A DNA stretch of 44,109 nt from Ignavibacterium sp. GTDB lineage: Bacteria; Bacteroidota; Ignavibacteria; Ignavibacteriales; Ignavibacteriaceae. Both the position numbers and the translations under genes were made by a program. The stretch lies in NCBI GenBank assembly GCA_018059515.1, contig JAGOXU010000001.1, positions 1-44,109 on the forward strand, in the 5' to 3' direction. The notes under the pieces were generated by a model. The model was not told where the DNA came from. It saw nothing but the letters and a program-made list of their open reading frames with translations, and made no database searches. Positions 37,781 through 44,109 of this stretch are shown here, one piece after another (the first letter of the stretch is position 1; each line of letters begins with the position of its first letter).

Positions 37781-40708
37781 CTATTTCAAAAGGATCATTT
37801 TTCTTATTTGAACAAATGAACCCGATTCGATTTTGTATAGATAAACACCACTATTTAGGTTTTGCGCATTAAAGTTTATTGAATGAGTACCAGCGTCCTT
37901 AGTTTCATCCATAATAGTCTGGACTTCTTGTCCCTGCACATCGAATAGTTTTATTTTAACATTACCTGCTAACGGAATTGAAAATCTAATAGTTGTATTT
38001 GGGTTAAATGGATTAGGATAATTCTGTTCAAGATGATATTCTGTTGGCTTTCCAAGATCGACTTCAACAATGGATGAATATTCATATTTACCATCGTTAT
38101 CAATTTGTTTTAATCTATAAGAATACTTTCCTGCGAGAACATTTTTATCATGGAACCTGTAATTCTTTGTTGAGTTGCTATTTCCATTGCCATTAACAAA
38201 TCCAATCTTCACCCAATTTGTCACGCTGAGCGGAGTCGAATTGTGAACCTGACGTTCAACTTCAAATCCATAATTATTTACTTCAGTTTCAGTTCTCCAG
38301 CCCAACTTAACCCAAGAACCAATAACTGAGGCTGAGAAAGCTGAGAGTTCTACTGGAAGAGCAGTTGTTGTTTGCCATACTCCTCGGCCATGTGTAAATG
38401 CAAATAGTTTATTTGTTCCAGTCTGCAATACAAGTTCATCTATTGGCACGTATGAGGGCATTCCTGTTGAAAAAGCACTCCAGCTGGTTCCTCCATTGGT
38501 AGTTTGGTAAACACCCGTTTCTGTTCCTATATACAATGTGCTTGAACTAATAGGATCAATTACCAAGGAATGAACTGGAATATTCGGTAAGCTTGTTGAA
38601 ATGTCAGTCCAACTTGTTCCCTGGTTCGTAGAAACCCAGACGTGTTTTCCACTACCGGAAGTATTAAAACCCGAATAGCATGCGTAAATTTTGTCTTTGT
38701 CACTAAGATCAGCAATAATCCGTCTTACCCAGGCACCATTGTGTCCTGTTGGTGAAATTTCAGTCCATGTATCCAAACCGGTTGCAGGATCTAAACTAGT
38801 ACACTTAAAAATTTTGCCGTCGGTTGTTCCGGCAAAACCCAAATAGTTTGCCGATGAGTTTACAACTGTAACTGCGCTAACCTTGAAGGTTGCTGAGAGA
38901 GTACCGCTTGAACTTGTCCAACTACCGGCACTGTTACTGGTTATCCACACGTTATCGCTTCCTGCAATCAACACACTCGAATTTTCTGGATTGATTGAGA
39001 AAGGTGCTATAAATAAACATGCACTGGAGCTCCCTGCATCTGTAATTCCAGTTGTACAATCAGCCCATGTAGTGCCACTGTTCGTTGTTTTATCCATTTG
39101 TAAATAAACATATTCCTCGTATGAGATTGAACTGCTTGTCTGATCCTGAGCAGCATATCCTCCATCTCCACCCTGCACTTCTGTCCAGCTAGTTCCCGTA
39201 GAAAATTTTAAATGACCATTATCCTGAGTCCCGCCAAAATAAGTTGAGCCGGTAGGATAAACTGCACCACCGTAAAACTGAGTAATTTCAAGCCCATTAT
39301 TTAAGTTTGTCCAACTAGTTCCATTATCTGTTGTTTTATAAATTCCTCCATCGTTACCACTAAAAAGTGTTCCAGAGTTATTAGGATCAAACACAATAGA
39401 ATGATGATCAGCATGAACAACAGGTGTACCATAATATGAATGCCAGTAAGTCAGTTGAAACCAGCTCGTTCCTCCATTTGTTGATTTCATCATATCAACA
39501 CCCCCAACATACAAATCACTTGGATCAAAAGGATCAACAGCAATTACGTTGTCATACCATCCTTGTGTACTTAAATATGATCTCCCTGTCGAAGAAATCG
39601 TTGGTGGAGTTCCAAGCACCGCCCAGCTTGCACCGCTATCAGTAGATTTGTAAATGCCCCGCAAACCCCAATCCGGTGAACCCGTGATTGTCGATTCAAA
39701 TACAGCATAAATTGTTGAAGAGCTGCTTGGGTCCTGAGTCATTGCAATCCTTCTATAACTTGCTGAAGGTAAACCGCTTGTTATCATTGTCCAACTGGTT
39801 CCGGAATCTGTAGTTCTATAGATTCCTCCTAAAGTTGCACCATTACTATTTGTAGCAAAAAGTATAACAGATGATGAAATAGGAATTACATCGCACCCGT
39901 TAAAATAATTTGTTGAATACGTAGTTGAACTTATTTTTGTCCATGAGGTTCCGCCGTCCGTACTTCTATAAAGTCCGCCGTCAAGACCATAAGCTCCAAC
40001 TCCTCCTTTGTAATTATAGTTTTTAGTTACTGCATAAACATTTCCAATAGGATCGGTAGCTAAACGAAGAACATTCCTGAACTTTGAAATTTCAGAACCC
40101 GTAGTGCTTGATAACAATGTCCAGGTATCCCCAAAATTAGTTGACTTAAAAATCCCACCTCCATAAACAGCATCAATATTACCCCATCCTTCTCCACTTC
40201 CAGCATACACAGTTGAAGAACCAACTAGAACCATACTTCCAATTGCAATTGGATCTTGGGAATCAAGTTTCGGACTCCAGCTACTTCCACCATTAGTTGT
40301 TTTCCATATACCACCACTTACTGATCCAATCAACATAATATCAGAGTTGGATGGATCAATAATTATTGATCTTATTCTTCCACCAATATTACCTGGCCCA
40401 ACTGATGACCAAGATATATCAGTTATTTTATGAAGAGAATTATTTCTTCGCGATTCGGTTTCCTCAATTGCGATTTGTCGAAGTTGCAATGGATCAATAT
40501 CAGTCTTACCTCCGGTAATCATTTCATATCGGAACTCAAATGCTGCGTTTGGGTTGTCTTTAGTAGAAACTATGGGGGGTACAGGAGGACTCATTTCAAA
40601 ACTTGATTGAATAAAGATTTTGTCTTTATCCATGAGAAAGAATGCAACCAGTACAAATAAACAAAGTATCACAATAGAAGAATAAGACTTGATTTTTTTA
40701 TTGATCAT
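37781..40708 (-). CDS. secreted T9SS cargo protein: double beta-propeller with ~11 BNR/Asp-box repeats (sortilin/VPS10/GH74-like) + shared pre-CTD module + T9SS CTD
   Basis: N-terminal signal anchor. Repeated S/T-x-(D/N)-x-G-x-(S/T)-W boxes (TTNGGSSW, STDGGTSW, TTDSGTSW, STNQGTSW and others). C-terminal [16 protein letters not shown]...GVYLYKIESGSFVQIRKMILLK. Confidence 0.8.
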   Translation of the reverse strand: MINKKIKSYSSIVILCLFVLVAFFLMDKDKIFIQSSFEMSPPVPPIVSTKDNPNAAFEFRYEMITGGKTDIDPLQLRQIAIEETESRRNNSLHKITDISWSSVGPGNIGGRIRSIIIDPSNSDIMLIGSVSGGIWKTTNGGSSWSPKLDSQDPIAIGSMVLVGSSTVYAGSGEGWGNIDAVYGGGIFKSTNFGDTWTLLSSTTGSEISKFRNVLRLATDPIGNVYAVTKNYNYKGGVGAYGLDGGLYRSTDGGTSWTKISSTTYSTNYFNGCDVIPISSSVILFATNSNGATLGGIYRTTDSGTSWTMITSGLPSASYRRIAMTQDPSSSSTIYAVFESTITGSPDWGLRGIYKSTDSGASWAVLGTPPTISSTGRSYLSTQGWYDNVIAVDPFDPSDLYVGGVDMMKSTNGGTSWFQLTYWHSYYGTPVVHADHHSIVFDPNNSGTLFSGNDGGIYKTTDNGTSWTNLNNGLEITQFYGGAVYPTGSTYFGGTQDNGHLKFSTGTSWTEVQGGDGGYAAQDQTSSSISYEEYVYLQMDKTTNSGTTWADCTTGITDAGSSSACLFIAPFSINPENSSVLIAGSDNVWITSNSAGSWTSSSGTLSATFKVSAVTVVNSSANYLGFAGTTDGKIFKCTSLDPATGLDTWTEISPTGHNGAWVRRIIADLSDKDKIYACYSGFNTSGSGKHVWVSTNQGTSWTDISTSLPNIPVHSLVIDPISSSTLYIGTETGVYQTTNGGTSWSAFSTGMPSYVPIDELVLQTGTNKLFAFTHGRGVWQTTTALPVELSAFSASVIGSWVKLGWRTETEVNNYGFEVERQVHNSTPLSVTNWVKIGFVNGNGNSNSTKNYRFHDKNVLAGKYSYRLKQIDNDGKYEYSSIVEVDLGKPTEYHLEQNYPNPFNPNTTIRFSIPLAGNVKIKLFDVQGQEVQTIMDETKDAGTHSINFNAQNLNSGVYLYKIESGSFVQIRKMILLK
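38220..38245 (-). repeat. GC-rich 26-nt in-frame segment (HNSTPLSVT) in the ER-loop of the pre-CTD module
   Basis: gtcacgctgagcggagtcgaattgtg has 15 of 26 bases G+C and resembles the gtcaYgctgagcg.agtcgaa-type short repeats I recall from FCB-group intergenic regions. Confidence 0.55.
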
Positions 40709-41093
40709 TGCCAGTTCTCCTTACTTTTAATTATTGAGTATTAACATTAATAGAGCTTCACAATCTCTGTTAAAATACTAAAAGAAAAATAAAAAAAAAT
40801 AATTAAAATGTAAGTTTTAACAATTTCTGAATTAATTCATCTTCTCATCAATTCTTAATTAAATTTATGAGATAACCTATTTAAATTTCGAATTTTTCTT
40901 TAAATAAAAAGCTAAAATTATCGTATTCTATGAAGTGAGGAAGAACATTTAATATATGATAATGAAGAATGTGTAAAACAAATAATATTTAGTTATTTTC
41001 GAAATGTTAATCACTAAAAGAAATTAAGAAAAGAATTTCGGTTTAGAATGTTTAATATTACCCTGAATTCATTTTTTATTTACAGAAAATTTT

Positions 41094-42455
41094 ATGCAAA
41101 AAAATAATGTTTACATAGAAACCTATGGCTGCCAAATGAATCTTGCTGATACCGAGATTGTGCTTGGCATTTTAAAAAAGCAAGGTTACGATGTAACTGA
41201 TAATCCGAAAAATGCTGATGTTGTTTTATTAAATACCTGCAGTATTAGAGATAACGCTGAGCAAAGAATTTATGGCAGAATCGGAAATCTAAAAACGCTT
41301 AAAGAAAATAATCCGACACTTGTACTTGGAATTCTTGGCTGTATGGCAGAACGCTTGCGCAAAGATTTAGTTGAAGATAAAAAAGCTGTGGATTTAGTTG
41401 TGGGTCCTGATGAGTACAGAAGACTGCCCGAATACATTGATGTTGCATTAAACGGCGATAAAGGCATTGGGGTTAAACTTTCGCGAACAGAAACTTATGA
41501 TGATATTGAACCTCATCGTGAAGATGGACTTTCCGCATGGATTTCTGTTATGCGCGGCTGTGATAAGTTCTGCACATTTTGTGTCGTTCCGTTTACACGC
41601 GGCAGAGAACGAAGCCGCTCACTTCAATCAATTGTTGCAGAGTTAGAAAATCTTTCTGCTCGCGGATTTAAAGATGTTACTTTGCTCGGTCAGAATGTTA
41701 ATTCTTATATAGATGAAGAATCAAAAGACGGTGGAGATTTTGCTGATTTACTTGCCGCCGCTGCAAAAGTTGATAGAACAATGCGTATAAGATTTAGCAC
41801 ATCACATCCACAGGATATTTCGGATAAACTTTTATATACAATTGCAGAGCATCCAAATCTTTGCAACTATATTCATTTACCAGTTCAATCAGGCTCAAAC
41901 AGAATTTTAGAATTGATGAACAGAACTTACACTGTTGAACATTATTTAAACTTGATTGAGAAAGCGAAAGAAATAATTCCGGGTGTTACATTTTCTACAG
42001 ATATTATTTCAGGATTTCCAACAGAAACCTGGGAAGACCATTTAGCAACGTTAGATTTGATGAAACAAGTTAGATACGATGGGGCTTATATGTTTAAGTA
42101 TTCACCGCGTGAAGGAACAAAAGCATTTAGAATAGAAGATGATGTTCCCGAAGATGTAAAATCAAAACGTTTGCAAGAGATTATTGATGTGCAGCAGCAA
42201 ATTTCTTTTGAAATAAATCAAGCGCTAATTGGAACGGAAGAAATTATTCTTGTTGAAGGATTTAGTAAAAAATCAAATGAATTTATTGCCGGCAGAACAG
42301 ACACAAACAAAACTGTTATCGTTCCGCTTAATGATAAAATAAAAAACGGCGATTACATAAAAGTAAAAATCAATAAAGCTACATCCGGAACACTGTTTGG
42401 TGATTATCTTTTGCATATCAAATCTGAAAAAGAAGGTATTGCGCTTACAGCCTAA
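41094..42455 (+). CDS. miaB: tRNA-i6A37 methylthiotransferase MiaB
   Basis: N-terminal YIETYGCQMN cluster, radical-SAM motif CDKFCTFCVVP, and a C-terminal TRAM domain. Confidence 0.93.
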   Translation: MQKNNVYIETYGCQMNLADTEIVLGILKKQGYDVTDNPKNADVVLLNTCSIRDNAEQRIYGRIGNLKTLKENNPTLVLGILGCMAERLRKDLVEDKKAVDLVVGPDEYRRLPEYIDVALNGDKGIGVKLSRTETYDDIEPHREDGLSAWISVMRGCDKFCTFCVVPFTRGRERSRSLQSIVAELENLSARGFKDVTLLGQNVNSYIDEESKDGGDFADLLAAAAKVDRTMRIRFSTSHPQDISDKLLYTIAEHPNLCNYIHLPVQSGSNRILELMNRTYTVEHYLNLIEKAKEIIPGVTFSTDIISGFPTETWEDHLATLDLMKQVRYDGAYMFKYSPREGTKAFRIEDDVPEDVKSKRLQEIIDVQQQISFEINQALIGTEEIILVEGFSKKSNEFIAGRTDTNKTVIVPLNDKIKNGDYIKVKINKATSGTLFGDYLLHIKSEKEGIALTA

Positions 42456-42499
42456 ACAAACTAATTTGCATTAATTATTTTTTAGTTTGTTACATATTT

Positions 42500-43213
42500 A
42501 TGAAAAAACACTTTTCAATATTTCTATTCTTTTTTTCTTTTCTGTTTGCTTCGCAGATTATTGCACAGGAAGTTGATATTGTCCCTTATCTAAAAAAAAT
42601 TGAACAAGGAAAACTTGAAGAAGTAAAATCCAACCTGCTTAATCTAAAAACTGATTATCCTAAAAGTGCAAATCTAATTTTTCTTGAAGGTGTGTTAACT
42701 GAAAACGGACAGGACGCTGTTGTGCTTTATCAAACACTACTCGAAAAATATCCCAAAAACAGTTACGCTGATGCAGCGCTTTACAGAATTTACTCATACT
42801 ATTTTGCACTTGGTTTATATAATACTGCTGATAAAAATTTAGATAAATTAAAAAAGGATTATCCCGAATCGCCTTATATAAAAATTGCTTCTGCCAATGT
42901 TGTAAAAAACGACGTTGAAGATACCACTCCGCAAACCGATGAAACAACAGATATAAAAACAAATGATGAAAAAGTTTATCTGTATTCTGTACAAGCAGGA
43001 GCATTTACAAACGCCGCAAACGCTGCCGCCCTAAAAAAAGAAATTGAATCAGTTGGGATGACTTCTTTTATTAAAGAAAAAAATGTAGCGGGCACTGTTT
43101 TTAATGTTGTTTATATTGGCAAATTTGAAACACGAAAAGAAGCTGAAGATTTTCTTCCGATTGCGGATGCACGTTTTAGAATATCCGGACGAGTTGTTGA
43201 GATAAATCAGTGA
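42500..43213 (+). CDS. secreted TPR-like + SPOR-domain (peptidoglycan-binding) protein
   Basis: Signal peptide and a YbgF/TPR-like N-half. The C-terminal YSVQAGAFTNAANAAALKKEIES...YIGKFETRKEAEDF is a SPOR domain. Confidence 0.8.
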   Translation: MKKHFSIFLFFFSFLFASQIIAQEVDIVPYLKKIEQGKLEEVKSNLLNLKTDYPKSANLIFLEGVLTENGQDAVVLYQTLLEKYPKNSYADAALYRIYSYYFALGLYNTADKNLDKLKKDYPESPYIKIASANVVKNDVEDTTPQTDETTDIKTNDEKVYLYSVQAGAFTNAANAAALKKEIESVGMTSFIKEKNVAGTVFNVVYIGKFETRKEAEDFLPIADARFRISGRVVEINQ

Positions 43214-44004
43214 ACATTAAGTTTTTAGGAACTGGCTCAGGTGTAACCCTACTTCATCGCTTTCATTCATCATTTCTTATAACTTCATCAAATTACAATT
43301 TACTTGTTGATTGCGGTGATGGGATTTCAAAAGCAATTCTCAGTCAAAATATTGAATACAATTCTATTGATTCAATTTTAATTTCACATTTTCATGCAGA
43401 TCATTATTCCGGTTTACCTTCTTTGATAACTCAAATGAAAATTGATAAACGAAAAAAGGATATTTCAATTTTTGTTCATTCATCCGAAAAAGATTTTTTG
43501 GAAGATTTTATTTTGCACTCTTATCTTTTTAAAGAACGAATGACGTTTGATTTAAGGATTGTTCCGTTTAATGAAGAGAATGAAATTATTATTAACAATA
43601 AATTTCGATTTGTTTCAAAAATCAATTCGCATTTGAACAAGTACAAAAAACATAACAAAGAAAATAAACTTGGATGTGTATCGCTAAGTTTTCTTTTTAA
43701 AGATGATGAAAATTCCTGTATTTATACTGGAGATGTTGCTGATGTTGCCGATTTGGGAGAAGAATTAGATTTGTTTCTTTTCAATCAAAAAGTTGATTGG
43801 TTTATTTCTGAGGTAACACATATTAGTCTTAACAGTTTAATAACAGTTTTACAGAATTTGGATCCGCGTAAAATAATTTTAACGCATATTGATGACGCAA
43901 CTGAAGAAGTTGTTAAAGTTTTCCTAAAAAGTATTCTTCGTTCTGTGGAAAGAGAACGGTTTATAACAGCTTTCGATGGACTTGAGTTAAATCAATCCAC
44001 TTAG
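43210..44004 (+). CDS. MBL-fold metallo-hydrolase (RNase Z/BN-like)
   Basis: LVDCGDG, HFHADHYSG (HxHxDH) and TGDV...THI. 4-nt overlap with the SPOR gene. Confidence 0.8.
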   Translation: MNIKFLGTGSGVTLLHRFHSSFLITSSNYNLLVDCGDGISKAILSQNIEYNSIDSILISHFHADHYSGLPSLITQMKIDKRKKDISIFVHSSEKDFLEDFILHSYLFKERMTFDLRIVPFNEENEIIINNKFRFVSKINSHLNKYKKHNKENKLGCVSLSFLFKDDENSCIYTGDVADVADLGEELDLFLFNQKVDWFISEVTHISLNSLITVLQNLDPRKIILTHIDDATEEVVKVFLKSILRSVERERFITAFDGLELNQST

Positions 44005-44109
44005 ACTCCACTTTATTAGAATCCCGCATTGTGCTATATTTGGCACACAATTTTTACAAAATGACAGACAAAACTATTTCAATTAAATGACAAGAGAAGA
44101 GTTTAAAAC

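Noticed and set aside
40709-41093. 385-bp very AT-rich divergent intergenic region between the BNR T9SS gene and miaB, examined for an ncRNA or small ORF.
   Set aside because: I could find no stable stem-loops, no conserved-looking GC-rich core, and no ORF with a ribosome-binding site. It is most simply two divergent promoters.
44087-44109. ATG at 44087 (MTREEFK...) as the start of a further gene at the window edge.
   Set aside because: Only 7 codons are visible, which gives no basis for a call.
1-44109. Searched both strands by eye for CRISPR arrays, tRNA/rRNA genes, transposase/integrase genes, toxin-antitoxin pairs and known defence-system hallmarks.
   Set aside because: None was recognised. 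All ORFs of 100 aa or more that are not antisense artefacts are accounted for by the features listed. A tRNAscan/Infernal/DefenseFinder run would be needed to confirm these negatives.

Overview
Low-GC (roughly one third G+C by eye) bacterial chromosome segment. Its gene content and Por_Secre_tail-type C-termini point to the FCB group, most like Ignavibacteriota; that is my recognition, not a search result. About three quarters of the window is ordinary core genome: partial aconitase, hflX, hutH, anmK, rmuC, prfA, ispH, a fabK-like gene, metK-ahcY, miaB, a PAS histidine kinase / sigma-54 activator / STAS / REC-REC-PP2C signalling operon, and Bat-like membrane proteins. The accessory part is 29.9-40.7 kb, where five tandem minus-strand genes encode secreted proteins. 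Each has a different N-terminal passenger: choice-of-anchor-J plus lamin-tail domain, cupredoxin, lamin-tail domain, LamG/beta-helix, and BNR double propeller. All five share the same ~100-aa pre-CTD module plus a T9SS C-terminal sorting domain. I found no CRISPR array, rRNA, tRNA, transposase, integrase, reverse transcriptase or recognisable defence operon. The most unusual signal is at small scale. Several families of short, GC-rich, palindromic repeats stand out against the AT-rich background. They occur between genes, as a 28-nt inverted repeat bracketing a lone GxxExxY (PD-(D/E)XK) gene in an rRNA-IVS-like arrangement, and apparently in frame inside the same surface loop of three of the T9SS paralogues. 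Two adjacent T9SS genes also share a ~287-nt, ~96 % identical 3' module, which suggests recent gene conversion. All functional calls rest on motif recognition by eye and none was confirmed by a search.
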